A stretch of DNA of 64,000 bases, taken from an uncultured Candidatus Binatia bacterium (GTDB lineage Bacteria; Desulfobacterota; Binatia; UBA9968; JAJDTQ01). Position 1 is the first letter of the stretch. The number at the start of each line of letters is the position of its first letter. The stretch spans positions 2,400,001 through 2,464,000 of the forward strand of contig OZ244070.1 of the NCBI GenBank assembly GCA_965215605.1, read 5' to 3'. The position numbers and the translations under genes were made by a program. Below the pieces are notes generated by a model. The model was not told where the DNA came from. It ran no database searches and saw only the letters and a program-made list of their open reading frames with translations. Shown here piece by piece: positions 1 to 10,359 of this stretch.

Positions 1-1231
1 CGGCCTCGAGAGCCTGGGCAAACACATCCGGGACAAGGGCCTGCTGGTGGACGCGCTCCTGGGGACCGGGCTGGGAAAGCCGGTGGAGGGGTTCCTGGCG
101 GACGTGGTGGAGTTCATGAACGCGTCGGGCGTTCCCGTGGTGGCGGTGGACACGCCGTCGGGGCTGGACTCCGACCGGGGCCTGCCGCTGGGAGCAACGG
201 TCCAGGCCGAGGTCACGGTGACCTTCGGTTGCCCGAAGATCGGCCAGGTGGTTTACCCCGGAGCCAGCTACTGCGGCGAGTTGGCGGTGGCGGACCTCGG
301 CATCCGCCAGGATGCGGTGGCGGAGGTGGCCCCCTTGGTGGAGTTGCTGGACCCGTCCGACGTGGCGTGGTTCCTGCCGGGCCGGGCGGAAGACTCGCAC
401 AAGGGCAGCTACGGCCATCTGCTGGTGATGGCCGGGTCGCGGGGAAAGACCGGCGCCGCGGTGCTTTCCTGTCGCGGGGCCATGCGGGTGGGCACCGGAC
501 TGGTGACCCTGGCGGCCCCCCGCGGCCTTAACGACGTCCTGGCCGGCGCCCTGGTGGAGCCCATGACCGAGACGCTCGGGGAGCCGGGCCAGGGGCAGTG
601 GCCGGCGCTGGGGGCCGGCGATTGGGAGGGTCTGGCCGAGCGCAAGAGCGCGGTGCTGTTCGGCCCCGGCGTGGGCGTCCATGCGTCAGCCCAGAAGACG
701 CTGGACACGCTGCTGGAGCATTGCGGCCTGCCATGGCTCATCGACGCCGACGGCCTCAACAACCTGGCGGCGGACGTGAGCCGGCTTCGGGAGGCGCGGG
801 TTGCGCCGGTGCTGACGCCGCACCCGGGGGAGATGAGCCGCCTGGCCGGAATGACCACGGAGGAGATCAACGGCGACCGCGTCGGCATTGCCCGGGCCTT
901 TGCCGCGGAGAACCGCTGCTATCTGGTCCTCAAGGGCGCCAGGACGGTGATGGCCACCCCCGAGGGACGGGCGTCCATCAACCCCACCGGAAATGCGGGC
1001 ATGGCCAGCGGGGGCATGGGCGACGTCCTCGCCGGCATCGTCGCCGGGTTTCTGGCCCAGGGGCTGACGCCGGAGGATGCCGTCCGTCTGGGCGTGTATC
1101 TCCACGGCCGCACCGGCGACCGGGTGGCGGACGACCGCGGCGGCGTGGGCCTCATTGCGTCGGACGTGGTGGACGAGTTGCCGCGGGCCATCGACGAGCT
1201 GCTGCAGATCAAGGAGTTGACAGGGCCTTGA
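1..1231 (+). CDS. nnr: Bifunctional NAD(P)H-hydrate epimerase/dehydratase (YjeF/Nnr), 5' end outside the window
   Basis: DALLGTG and AVDTPSG (epimerase); SHKGSYG, IDADGL, LTPHPGEM, VLKG, ASGGMGDVLAG (dehydratase). Confidence 0.93.
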   Translation, partial: GLESLGKHIRDKGLLVDALLGTGLGKPVEGFLADVVEFMNASGVPVVAVDTPSGLDSDRGLPLGATVQAEVTVTFGCPKIGQVVYPGASYCGELAVADLGIRQDAVAEVAPLVELLDPSDVAWFLPGRAEDSHKGSYGHLLVMAGSRGKTGAAVLSCRGAMRVGTGLVTLAAPRGLNDVLAGALVEPMTETLGEPGQGQWPALGAGDWEGLAERKSAVLFGPGVGVHASAQKTLDTLLEHCGLPWLIDADGLNNLAADVSRLREARVAPVLTPHPGEMSRLAGMTTEEINGDRVGIARAFAAENRCYLVLKGARTVMATPEGRASINPTGNAGMASGGMGDVLAGIVAGFLAQGLTPEDAVRLGVYLHGRTGDRVADDRGGVGLIASDVVDELPRAIDELLQIKELTGP

Positions 1232-1707
1232 ACGCCAGCGAGTACCGCATCACCACCGGCTCGCCGGATGAGACCCGGGCGCTCGGGCGGGCGCTGGCGG
1301 GACTGCTCCGGGGCGGAGAAATCCTGGGGCTGTCGGGCGATCTGGGGAGCGGCAAAACCTGCTTCGTGCACGGGCTGGCCGAGGGGCTCGAGGTGGGCGG
1401 GAACAGTTGGGTCCGCAGCCCCACCTTCACGCTCATCAACGAATACGACGGCCGCCTGCCGGTGATCCACGTGGACCTCTTTCGCGTCGCCCCGGGACCG
1501 GAGATGGAGGACCTGCACCTCGAGGAGTACTTCGCCTCCGGCAGCGTCTGCGTGGTGGAGTGGTTCGAGCGTCTGGACGCGGCGGGGGCCCAGGAGTTCA
1601 TGGGCGTGAACTTCCGCTACGTGGACGAGGAGCGGCGGGCGCTGCGCTTCGCGGCCCACGGGCGGCGCTACGAGGAGTTGGTCGCGGCGCTGAAGGAAGC
1701 GCGATAG
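1228..1707 (+). CDS. tsaE: tRNA threonylcarbamoyladenosine biosynthesis ATPase TsaE
   Basis: GDLGSGKT, VRSPTFTLINEY, HVDLFR, VVEW; TTG start overlaps the nnr stop (TTGA); 3' part of ORF 598..1707. Confidence 0.93.
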   Translation: MNASEYRITTGSPDETRALGRALAGLLRGGEILGLSGDLGSGKTCFVHGLAEGLEVGGNSWVRSPTFTLINEYDGRLPVIHVDLFRVAPGPEMEDLHLEEYFASGSVCVVEWFERLDAAGAQEFMGVNFRYVDEERRALRFAAHGRRYEELVAALKEAR

Positions 1708-2922
1708 ATGGCATTGATCGTACAGAAATACGGCGGCACCTCCGTGGGCATGGTGGAGCGCATCCGGAACGTCGCCCAGCGCGTGGCCGCCGCCCGCGGG
1801 CAGGGGAACGACGTGGTGGTGGTGGTGTCGGCCATGTCGGGCGAGACCAACCGGCTCCTGAACCTGGCCAACCAGGTGTCGTGCCACGTGGACGACCGGG
1901 AGATCGACGTGCTGCTGGCGTCCGGGGAGCAGGTCTCCTGCGCCCTGCTGGCGCTGGCGCTCAAGGACCTGGGACAATCGGCGCGCTCGTTCCTCGGCCA
2001 CCAGGTGCGCATCGCCACCGACAGCGCGCACGGCCGGGCGCGGATCAAGAGCATCGACTCCACCCGCGTGCTGGAGTCGCTGAAGCGCAACGAGGTGGTG
2101 GTGGTGGCGGGCTTCCAGGGAGTCGACGAGGCCGACAACATCACCACCCTGGGGCGCGGCGGGTCGGACACCAGCGCGGTGGCCATGGCCGCCGCCCTCG
2201 GCGCCTCGGTATGCGAGATCTATACGGACGTGGACGGAATCTACACGGCCGATCCCTTCGTGTGCCCCAGGGCGCGGAAGCTGGATCGGATCACTTACGA
2301 CGAAATGCTGGAGATGGCCAGCCTCGGCGCCCGGGTGTTGCAGATCCGCTCGGTGGAGACGGCGAAGAAGTTCGGCGTCAGGGTGCACCTGCGCTCGAGC
2401 TTCAACGATGTCGAGGGCACCTGGCTGGTCGAGGAGGATGCGCAAATGGATTCGGTTCTGGTCTCGGCAGTGACCTGCGACAACGACGAAGCCAAGATCA
2501 CCATCCGCAGCGTGCCCGACCGCGCCGGGCTGGCCGCCCAGATCTTCGGCCCCATCGCGGAGGCCAACATCGTGGTGGACATGATCATCCAGAACGCCGG
2601 CGAGGACGGCACCACCGACGTCACCTTCACGGTGCCCAAGAAGGACCACCGAAAGGCCATGGAATTGATTGAAAAAACCGCGCCCTTGATCCAAGCTAAG
2701 GGAGTGGCTTCCGATACCCACATCGCCAAGGTGTCGGTGGTGGGCGTGGGTGTGAGGACCAATGCGGGCGTCGCGGCCAAGATGTTCCAGGCCTTGGCGG
2801 ACCAGTCGATCAACATCGAGATGATCTCGACGTCCGAGATCAAGGTGTCGGTGGTGGTGGACGAGAAGGACAGCCACAGGGCGGTGGATTCGCTCCACGC
2901 TTCGTTGATCGAAAGCAGGTGA
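1708..2922 (+). CDS. lysC: Aspartate kinase
   Basis: VQKYGGTSV, TLGRGGSDTSA, YTDVDG and two C-terminal ACT domains; 404 aa. Confidence 0.96.
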   Translation: MALIVQKYGGTSVGMVERIRNVAQRVAAARGQGNDVVVVVSAMSGETNRLLNLANQVSCHVDDREIDVLLASGEQVSCALLALALKDLGQSARSFLGHQVRIATDSAHGRARIKSIDSTRVLESLKRNEVVVVAGFQGVDEADNITTLGRGGSDTSAVAMAAALGASVCEIYTDVDGIYTADPFVCPRARKLDRITYDEMLEMASLGARVLQIRSVETAKKFGVRVHLRSSFNDVEGTWLVEEDAQMDSVLVSAVTCDNDEAKITIRSVPDRAGLAAQIFGPIAEANIVVDMIIQNAGEDGTTDVTFTVPKKDHRKAMELIEKTAPLIQAKGVASDTHIAKVSVVGVGVRTNAGVAAKMFQALADQSINIEMISTSEIKVSVVVDEKDSHRAVDSLHASLIESR

Positions 2923-2926
2923 GTGC

Positions 2927-4555
2927 ATGAGTGACTTGTTGTTGTACGATACGACCTTGCGGGACGGGTGTCAGAGCGAGGATGTCTCTTTCAGCCTGAA
3001 GGACAAGCTGCGAGTCGCCGAGAGCCTGGCCGAGCTGGGCATCCATTATATCGAGGGCGGTTACCCCGGATCCAACCCACGGGACGCCGAGTTCTTCAAG
3101 GAAGTCGGAAAGCTGAATCTCAGGAAGACCCGGGTGGCGTCCTTCGGCACCACCCGCCGGCCTTCGGTCAAACCGGCGCAGGACGCCAGCCTGAAGCTGT
3201 TGCTGGCGGCCAAGACACCGGTGGTGACGCTGGTGGGCAAGACCTGGGACCTCCACGTTCGGGACGATCTGCGCATCAGCAAGAAGGCCAACCTGGAGGT
3301 CATCGCCGATTCCATCGCCTACATGAAGAAACGCGTCGACGAGGTGATCTTCGACGCCGAGCATTTCTTCGACGGCTACCGCAGCAATCCAGAATTCGCG
3401 CTGGAGTGTCTCCGGGCGGCCGCGGACGGCGGCGCCGACTGGATCGTGCTGTGCGACACCAACGGCGGCAGGCTGCCCGCCGAAGTCGGCGCGGCGGTGA
3501 CGGCGGCCAAGGAGGCGGTGAACGCGCCGCTGGGGATCCATTGCCACAACGACTGCGAGCTGGCTGTTGCCAACACCATGACGGCGGTGGAGAACGGCGT
3601 CCGGCAGGTCCAGGGCACCATCAACGGATTCGGCGAGCGCTGCGGCAACCTGAACCTGTGCTCGGTGTTGCCCAACCTCCAGTTGAAACAGGGCTACAAG
3701 TGCGTACGGCCGTCGCAGTTGCGCCGGCTGCGGGAGATATCCCATCTCGTGTACGAGTTGGCCAACGTCGTGCCCGGCAAGCGGCAAGCCTACGTGGGCG
3801 ACAGCGCGTTCGCGCACAAGGGCGGGCTTCACGTCTCGGGCATCATCAAGAACCGCGAGACCTATGAGCACATCGATCCCGAACTGGTGGGCAGCCGCCA
3901 GCGGGTGCTGGTTTCGGATCTCTCCGGCCGCAGCAACATCGTCTACAAGGCCCGCGAGTACGACATCGACCTGAACGGCCAGGACCAGGCGGTGCACCAG
4001 ATCCTCAACCGGATCAAGGACCTGGAGAGCCAGGGCTACGAGTTCGAGGCCGCGGAGGCGTCGTTCGAGCTGCTGATCCAGGAGGCATTGGGAAAAAAGA
4101 AGCACAATTTCCGCCTCGACGGGTTCCGGGTCATCGACGAGAAGCGGGTCGAGAGCGAGCCGCCCCTCTCGGAGGCCACCGTGAAGGTGGAGGTGGGCGG
4201 CGTGATGGAGCATGCCGCGTCGCTGGGGAGCGGTCCGGTGCACGCGCTGGATCAGGCCCTGCGCAAGGCGCTCACGGAATTCTACCCTTCCCTGGAAGAA
4301 GTGGAGCTGCTCGACTACAAGGTCCGGGTGCTGGCGTCGGGGGAAGGCACCGGCGCCGCGGTCCGGGTGCTCATCGAGTCGGGCGACGGCCACACCCAGT
4401 GGGGTACGGTGGGAGTGTCCCAGAACGTCATAGAGGCGAGCTGGCAGGCGCTCGTGGACAGTATCGATTACAAGCTCTACAAGGACAGGAAGCGGAAGGG
4501 CCACGCGGGGAAGAGCCACGCCGGCACGGGCGAGGCGGCGGCGCCCGCCTCCTGA
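2927..4555 (+). CDS. cimA: Citramalate synthase
   Basis: [44 protein letters not shown]; LeuA-type regulatory tail. Confidence 0.9.
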   Translation: MSDLLLYDTTLRDGCQSEDVSFSLKDKLRVAESLAELGIHYIEGGYPGSNPRDAEFFKEVGKLNLRKTRVASFGTTRRPSVKPAQDASLKLLLAAKTPVVTLVGKTWDLHVRDDLRISKKANLEVIADSIAYMKKRVDEVIFDAEHFFDGYRSNPEFALECLRAAADGGADWIVLCDTNGGRLPAEVGAAVTAAKEAVNAPLGIHCHNDCELAVANTMTAVENGVRQVQGTINGFGERCGNLNLCSVLPNLQLKQGYKCVRPSQLRRLREISHLVYELANVVPGKRQAYVGDSAFAHKGGLHVSGIIKNRETYEHIDPELVGSRQRVLVSDLSGRSNIVYKAREYDIDLNGQDQAVHQILNRIKDLESQGYEFEAAEASFELLIQEALGKKKHNFRLDGFRVIDEKRVESEPPLSEATVKVEVGGVMEHAASLGSGPVHALDQALRKALTEFYPSLEEVELLDYKVRVLASGEGTGAAVRVLIESGDGHTQWGTVGVSQNVIEASWQALVDSIDYKLYKDRKRKGHAGKSHAGTGEAAAPAS

Positions 4556-4593
4556 CCGGTGCACCCGCCGGGTCTGCCGCGGAGTTGCCGCCC

Positions 4594-5307
4594 ATGTGGA
4601 GTATTCTGAAAGAGGATGTCCGGGTGGCGTTCGAACGGGATCCCGCGGCGCGGAACCTGTTCGAGGTCCTGGTCAGCTATCCCGGGGTGCATGCGCTGTT
4701 CTTCCACCGCTTCGCCCACCGGCTGTGGCACTGCGGTTGGAGAAACCTCTCGCGTTTCGTCAGTCACCTGGGCCGCTTCCTTACGGGCATCGAGATACAC
4801 CCGGGCGCGACGGTGGGACGCCGGTTCTTCATCGACCACGGCATGGGAGTCGTCATTGGCGAAACCTCGGAGATCGGCGATGACGTGACCCTGTACCAGG
4901 GCGTCACGCTGGGCGGCATCAGCCTGCGCAGGGAGAAACGCCACCCCACGGTGGAGGACTGCGTCATCATCGGCGCCGGCGCCACGGTGCTGGGTCCGGT
5001 GGTGGTGGGACGGAACAGCAAGATCGGCTCGGGTTCGGTGGTGGTGAAGGACGTGCCGGCGAACTCCTCGGTGGTGGGCGTGCCCGGAAAGGTGGTGGAA
5101 GGGGACGGCGTGCACCGGGATCCCATCGAGCGCCAGATCGCCCTGGACCACGACCGGCTGCCCGACCCCATGGCCAAGTCCCTCAACCATCTGGCGGAAT
5201 ACATCCAGCGGCTCGAGAAACGGGTGAACGAGCTCGATGCCAGACAAGGCGGCCTGGAGGAGCGGCAGCGGGAAGAAGTGGAAGAGCCCCGGCGGTACAA
5301 GAACTAG
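4594..5307 (+). CDS. cysE: Serine O-acetyltransferase
   Basis: [31 protein letters not shown] and hexapeptide repeats; ATG at 4594 within ORF 4399..5307. Confidence 0.94.
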   Translation: MWSILKEDVRVAFERDPAARNLFEVLVSYPGVHALFFHRFAHRLWHCGWRNLSRFVSHLGRFLTGIEIHPGATVGRRFFIDHGMGVVIGETSEIGDDVTLYQGVTLGGISLRREKRHPTVEDCVIIGAGATVLGPVVVGRNSKIGSGSVVVKDVPANSSVVGVPGKVVEGDGVHRDPIERQIALDHDRLPDPMAKSLNHLAEYIQRLEKRVNELDARQGGLEERQREEVEEPRRYKN

Positions 5308-5387
5308 GAGGCAGCGCAGGCCCTCCCCCCAACCGCCTGGACCACGGGTCAAGCCCGGGGTGACGAGGCGGGGGACAGAAGGACAGT

Positions 5388-6464
5388 GTGGTGAAGGCAT
5401 CGGCGGACAGAAGAGTGGCGGTTGCCATGAGCGGAGGCGTGGACAGCTCGGTGGCGGCCGGCCTCCTGGTGGAGCAGGGCTACCAGGTGGAGGGGGTGTC
5501 GCTCCGCCTTTGGGAGGCTGGCAACCTCGGTCCGCGCAACTGCTCGGACCACCGGGGCGCGGCAGAGGTGGCGGCGCTGCTGGGCATCCCGCACACGGTG
5601 CTGGACCAGCGGACAGCTTTCCGCAAGGCGGTGGTGGCGCCCTTCGCCCGGAGCTACCTGGACGGCGCCACGCCCAATCCTTGCATTGCCTGCAATCGCG
5701 AGTTCAAGTTCGAGAAGCTGTCGGCCTGGGCCGGGGCCAGGGGCATTTCCCGCGTGGCCACGGGTCACTACGCCCGTATCCAGCGGCGCTCCGGCGGCGC
5801 CTCGCTGCTGCGCGGGTCGGATCGCAACAAGGACCAGTCGTACTTTCTCTTCGCGCTTTCGCCGCGCCAGCTCGAGCACACGGAGTTTCCCCTGGGTGAG
5901 CTTCACAAGGAGACGGTGCGCGCCAAGGCCCGGGAGATGGGTCTGCCGGTGGCCGAGCGGCCGGAGAGCCAGGACATCTGCCTCGGCGACCACCGCACGG
6001 TGGTGGAGTCCTTCGCCCGGCCGGACCAGCTCGGCTCCGGCGAGATCGTGGACGGCCGCGGCAACGTCCTGGGACGTCACGACGGGGTGCACGGGTTCAC
6101 CGTGGGACAGAGAAGGGGCCTCGGCATCGCCGCTCCGGAGCCGTTGTACGTGCTCCGCATCGATGCCGGGCGAAGACGCGTGGTGGTGGGCCCGCGCGAA
6201 GCGCTGACCACCCCGTCCTTTACCGCCGGCCGCCTCAACTGGCTCGGGACGCCGCCGGACGGAGAGACCGCGGCCGAGGTGCAGATACGTTACCGCTCGG
6301 CGCCGGTTCCGTGCACCCTGCGGCCGCTGGGCGGCCGTGGGGTCGAAGTGAGTCCCCATGAGCCGCTGCCGTCCGTGACCCCGGGCCAGGCCGCGGTCTT
6401 CTATCGTGACGATCGGGTGCTCGGGGGCGGCTGGATCGACAAGCCTGTCGCGGTTGATTCGTAG
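5388..6464 (+). CDS. mnmA: tRNA 2-thiouridine(34) synthase MnmA (CxxC type)
   Basis: AMSGGVDS, TPNPCIACN, ATGHYAR, KDQSYFL, ESQDIC, FTVGQRRG, TPGQAAVFY. Confidence 0.96.
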   Translation: MVKASADRRVAVAMSGGVDSSVAAGLLVEQGYQVEGVSLRLWEAGNLGPRNCSDHRGAAEVAALLGIPHTVLDQRTAFRKAVVAPFARSYLDGATPNPCIACNREFKFEKLSAWAGARGISRVATGHYARIQRRSGGASLLRGSDRNKDQSYFLFALSPRQLEHTEFPLGELHKETVRAKAREMGLPVAERPESQDICLGDHRTVVESFARPDQLGSGEIVDGRGNVLGRHDGVHGFTVGQRRGLGIAAPEPLYVLRIDAGRRRVVVGPREALTTPSFTAGRLNWLGTPPDGETAAEVQIRYRSAPVPCTLRPLGGRGVEVSPHEPLPSVTPGQAAVFYRDDRVLGGGWIDKPVAVDS

Positions 6465-6476
6465 AGACAAGGGTGT

Positions 6477-6501
6477 ACGGGCGGGTTTCCAACCCGCCCG
6501 T
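6477..6501. repeat. REP-like palindrome
   Basis: ACGGGCGGGTT-TCC-AACCCGCCCGT, an 11-bp stem between mnmA and mtaB; related to 42500..42526. Confidence 0.5.
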
Positions 6502-6547
6502 GTCCGCACCGCGTCGTCAGGCCGGTACCGGCGCCCGTGGAAATTCA

Positions 6548-7852
6548 ATGCGTGTCGCCATCAAGACGCTGGGTTGCAAGATCAACCAGTATGACTCGGC
6601 CGTGATCCAGGAGCGGTTGGCCGGGGAGTCGTGCTCCTTCGTTCCCTTCGAGGATCCGGCCGACGTCTACGTCGTCAATACCTGCACGGTGACGGACCGG
6701 GCGGACTGGGAGGCCCGTCAGCTCGTGCGCAAGGCCCGGCGGCGGAGCCCGGGGGCGCGGGTGGTGGTCACCGGCTGCTACGCGCAGGTGAGTCCCGAGG
6801 AAGTCTCCAGGCTGCCGGGCGTCGACTTCGTGGTCGGCCTCAACCGCATGGACGAACTGGCGCGTTACATCGCCGACGGCGAGTCCGGCGCCGGACCGGA
6901 GGTTTCGGTGGGCAATCCGCGGGACGAGCGCGGCGTGGGGGTGCTGGGCGCCCGCCGTTTCCTCGGCCGCACCCGGGCGTTTCTCAAGGTGCAGGAAGGG
7001 TGCAACTTCGCCTGCAGCTACTGCATCATCCCCACCGCCCGGGGACGCAGCCGCAGCGTGCCGCCGGAACGGGTGCTCGATCAGGCGCGCGGGCTCGCGG
7101 AGGCGGGCTATTCCGAGATTGTCCTCACCGGCATTCATCTCGGCGGGTACGGCCATGATCTGGCGCCTCGGGTCTCCCTGAGCGACTTGGTGCGGCGGAT
7201 CGCCGGGAGCGGGTTGATTCGCCGCTTGCGTCTCAGCTCCCTCGACCCGCGCGAAGTCACCGACGAGTTGCTGGCGGTAATGGCCGGCTCGGAGGTGATC
7301 TGTCCGCACCTGCACGTGTGCGTCCAGGCCGGCGAGGACGGCATCCTCAAGAAGATGCGCCGCAACTACGACACCGCCTTTTTCGCCCGCCTGATGGCGC
7401 GCGCCCGGGGAAAGCTGCCTCGGGCCGCCCTGGGGACGGACGTCATCGTGGGTTTTCCGGGAGAGACCGAGGAGGCGTTCGCGGCGTCGCTGGATTTCCT
7501 CTCTGACCTGCCGCTGACCTACTTCCACGTGTTCCCCTACTCCGCCCGCCGGGGCACTCCGGCCGCGGCCATGTCCGATCACCTGCCGCCGGCTGAGAAA
7601 AAGGAGCGCTCGCGCCGGGCGCGGGAGCTGGGCACCCGGAAGAAGCACGAGTTCTACCGGAGCCAGGTGGGACGGCGGGTGTCCGTTCTGGTGGAGGAGC
7701 CGGTGGCGGGGGAGCCGGGCGGGCTCAAGGGCTACAGCCGCAACTACCTGCCGGTGCTTTTCGCCGGCGGTCGCGACCTGGTTCACCGCGAGGTCCACGT
7801 ACGGCTTCGGGAGTGGACCCGCGGGCGCCTGTGGGGGGAGGTCGAATGCTGA
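6548..7852 (+). CDS. mtaB: tRNA threonylcarbamoyladenosine methylthiotransferase MtaB
   Basis: TLGCKINQYD, NTCTVT, TGCYAQ, radical-SAM motif CNFACSYC, HVFPYS; ATG at 6548. Confidence 0.94.
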   Translation: MRVAIKTLGCKINQYDSAVIQERLAGESCSFVPFEDPADVYVVNTCTVTDRADWEARQLVRKARRRSPGARVVVTGCYAQVSPEEVSRLPGVDFVVGLNRMDELARYIADGESGAGPEVSVGNPRDERGVGVLGARRFLGRTRAFLKVQEGCNFACSYCIIPTARGRSRSVPPERVLDQARGLAEAGYSEIVLTGIHLGGYGHDLAPRVSLSDLVRRIAGSGLIRRLRLSSLDPREVTDELLAVMAGSEVICPHLHVCVQAGEDGILKKMRRNYDTAFFARLMARARGKLPRAALGTDVIVGFPGETEEAFAASLDFLSDLPLTYFHVFPYSARRGTPAAAMSDHLPPAEKKERSRRARELGTRKKHEFYRSQVGRRVSVLVEEPVAGEPGGLKGYSRNYLPVLFAGGRDLVHREVHVRLREWTRGRLWGEVEC

Positions 7853-8550
7853 CGGCGGATTCCTCGGAGCTGGAACAACTCCAGAGTGCCCTCGGCTACC
7901 GCTTCCGGGACCCGGCGCTGTTGAACCGCTGCCTGACCCACGTCTCCTGCGGCGGCGGCATGGACGCCCACAACGAGTCCCTGGAGTTCCTGGGCGACGC
8001 GGTGCTGGGCCTCGCCATCAGCGACCTGCTCATGCGGCGGTTCCCCGAACGGAGCGAGGGGGACCTGTCGCGCATGCGCGCGTCGCTGGTGAACCGGCGG
8101 GTGCTGGCGGAGAAGGCGCGCCTGCTGCGGGTGGGCGCTGTGCTCCGCGTGGGGAAGGGCGAGGAGCGCACCGGCGGCCGGCACAAGGAGTCCATCCTGG
8201 CGTCTTCGCTGGAGGCGCTGTTGGGCGGCATTTACTGGGAGGCCGGTTACGAAGCGGTGAAACCCGTGGTGGAGAACCATTTCGCGTCGGCCCTGGATGA
8301 CGGCGCGTTGGGGCTCGACGACTACAAGACCCGTCTCCAGGAGGTGACCCAGCGCCTCTACCGCGTCCCCCCCAGCTACCGGCTGTCGCGGGAATCCGGC
8401 CCGAGCCATGACAAGTACTTCGAGACCGAGATCCGGGTGGATGGCCATCTGGTGGGCCAGGGGGAGGGCCGGAGCAAGAAGCAGTCCGAACAGGAAGCGG
8501 CGCGGCGCGCCCTGGAGACGCTGCAGGCGCAGCTCCAGGGGCAACAATAG
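7846..8550 (+). CDS. rnc: Ribonuclease III
   Basis: NESLEFLGDAVL, EGDLS, GKGEE; dsRBD with DYKTRLQE, GPSH, GRSKKQSEQEAA. Confidence 0.95.
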   Translation: MLTADSSELEQLQSALGYRFRDPALLNRCLTHVSCGGGMDAHNESLEFLGDAVLGLAISDLLMRRFPERSEGDLSRMRASLVNRRVLAEKARLLRVGAVLRVGKGEERTGGRHKESILASSLEALLGGIYWEAGYEAVKPVVENHFASALDDGALGLDDYKTRLQEVTQRLYRVPPSYRLSRESGPSHDKYFETEIRVDGHLVGQGEGRSKKQSEQEAARRALETLQAQLQGQQ

Positions 8551-8581
8551 CGTCGCGGCTTCACGTCCCCGACGACCGTTC

Positions 8582-9616
8582 ATGGCAGAGCTAACCTACA
8601 AGGACGCCGGCGTAGACGTGGACGCCGCCAACCGGCTGGTCCGCTCGGTGGCGTCCATGGCCCGCAAGACCGCCCGCCCCGGCCTCATGGGAGGCATCGG
8701 CGGGTTCGGCGGACTCTTCGACCTCACGCGCATCCGCGGCCGGCGGCCGGTGCTGGTGTCGTCCACCGACGGCGTCGGCACCAAGCTCAAGATCGCCTTT
8801 CTGGCCGGCCGCCACGACACCGTGGGCATCGACCTGGTGGCCATGAGCGTCAACGACATCGTCACCCAGGCCGCGGAGCCGCTGTTCTTCCTCGACTACT
8901 TCGCCGCCGGCAAGCTGGAGCCCACTACCTTCAAGGCGGTGGTGGGCGGGGTGGCGGAAGGCTGCCGCCTGGCCGGGTGCGCGCTCCTGGGCGGAGAGAC
9001 CGCGGAGATGCCGTCCTTGTATCGGGACGGGGAGTACGATCTGGCGGGGTTCTGCGTCGGCATCGTGGAGAAGGACCGCATACCCGATCCCCGCGCGATG
9101 CGCGCCGGCGACGCGATCATCGCGTTGCCGTCCAGCGGCCTCCACAGCAACGGCTATTCGCTGGCGCGGAAGGTCCTGCTGGAAACGGCCAAGCTCCGGT
9201 TGAAGTCCCGGGTGGAGGAGCTGGGGCATTCCCTGGCCGATGAGCTGCTGAAGCCCACCCGGATCTACGCCGGCCTGATCCGCGCCCTGATCGCGCGGCA
9301 CCGGATCAAGGGCATGGCCCACGTCACCGGCGGCGGCATCGCCGAGAACCTGCCGCGGGCGCTGCCGCCGGGGCTGCGCGCCTGGATCCGCCGGGGAAGT
9401 TGGTCCGTGCCGCCGATATTCGACATCATCGCGCGGCTGGGCGGCGTGACTCAGGCGGAGATGGACCGCACCTTCAACAACGGCATCGGCATGGCCCTGG
9501 TGGTGGGCGCGGCGGACGCGCCCGGGGTCGAGCGCGCGCTGCGCCGCCGCCGCGAGCCCTACGCCGTCATCGGCGAGATCCGCAAGGGCCGCCGCGGGGT
9601 CTCGTTCACGTCATGA
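8582..9616 (+). CDS. purM: Phosphoribosylformylglycinamidine cyclo-ligase
   Basis: TYKDAGVD, STDGVGTK, FFLDY, GGETAEMP, SSGLHSNGYSL, HVTGGG, TFNNGIG. Confidence 0.97.
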   Translation: MAELTYKDAGVDVDAANRLVRSVASMARKTARPGLMGGIGGFGGLFDLTRIRGRRPVLVSSTDGVGTKLKIAFLAGRHDTVGIDLVAMSVNDIVTQAAEPLFFLDYFAAGKLEPTTFKAVVGGVAEGCRLAGCALLGGETAEMPSLYRDGEYDLAGFCVGIVEKDRIPDPRAMRAGDAIIALPSSGLHSNGYSLARKVLLETAKLRLKSRVEELGHSLADELLKPTRIYAGLIRALIARHRIKGMAHVTGGGIAENLPRALPPGLRAWIRRGSWSVPPIFDIIARLGGVTQAEMDRTFNNGIGMALVVGAADAPGVERALRRRREPYAVIGEIRKGRRGVSFTS

Positions 9617-10278
9617 ACCGCAAACTCCCCATCGGCGTGCTGCTCTCCGGAGGCGGCACCAACCTCCAGGCCATCATCGACGCCATCGAGCAGGACCGCC
9701 TCGACGCCGAGATCCGCACCGTCGTCAGCAACCGCGAGAACGCCTACGGCCTCACCCGCGCCCGCAGCCACAACATTTCCACGACGGCCATCGACCACCG
9801 CGTCCACCCGTCGCGGGAAGCCTACGACCGGGTGGTGGTGGAGCACCTCAAGGCGCAGGGCGTCGAGCTCGTGGTCCTGGCCGGGTTCATGAGGCTGCTG
9901 TCGCCGTACTTCATCCGGAGCTTCCCCGACCGCATCATGAACATCCACCCCGCGCTGTCGCCCTCCTTCGCCGGCCTCTACGGCCAGCGCCAGGCCTTCG
10001 AGTACGGCGTCAAGTTCTCCGGCTGCACCGTCCACTTCGTCACCGAAGGCTGCGACGAAGGCCCCGTCATCATCCAGGCCGTCGTCCCGGTCCTGCCCGA
10101 CGACACCGAAGAAACGCTGGCGCAGCGGATCCTGGTCCAGGAACACCGCATCTACCCCCGCGCCATCCAGCTCTACAGCGAGGGCCGGCTCGTCATAGAG
10201 GGCAGGAAGGTGAGGGTGACGGGAGAGGGTGGGGCTGCGGAAGGCGAGAGCGCGTTGGTGAACCCGCCTATCCTGTGA
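9613..10278 (+). CDS. purN: Phosphoribosylglycinamide formyltransferase
   Basis: SGGGTNLQA, LAGFMRLL, NIHPAL, GCTVHFV, DEGPVI, EHRIYP; ATGA overlap with purM. Confidence 0.96.
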   Translation: MNRKLPIGVLLSGGGTNLQAIIDAIEQDRLDAEIRTVVSNRENAYGLTRARSHNISTTAIDHRVHPSREAYDRVVVEHLKAQGVELVVLAGFMRLLSPYFIRSFPDRIMNIHPALSPSFAGLYGQRQAFEYGVKFSGCTVHFVTEGCDEGPVIIQAVVPVLPDDTEETLAQRILVQEHRIYPRAIQLYSEGRLVIEGRKVRVTGEGGAAEGESALVNPPIL

Positions 10279-10304
10279 CGGTCCGTCAAACGAGGATTCG
10301 GTGC

Positions 10305-10354
10305 TTGACCCAACCCCACGGCTCGGATAGAATCCGGAAACGTTTCCGAGGAGG
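10305..10354 (+). promoter_or_regulatory. Sigma70-like promoter with palindromic operator and RBS
   Basis: TTGACC(10305)-17 bp-TAGAAT(10328); palindrome CGGAAACGTTTCCG at 10335-10348; AGGAGG at 10349. Confidence 0.6.
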
Positions 10355-10359
10355 GTTCA

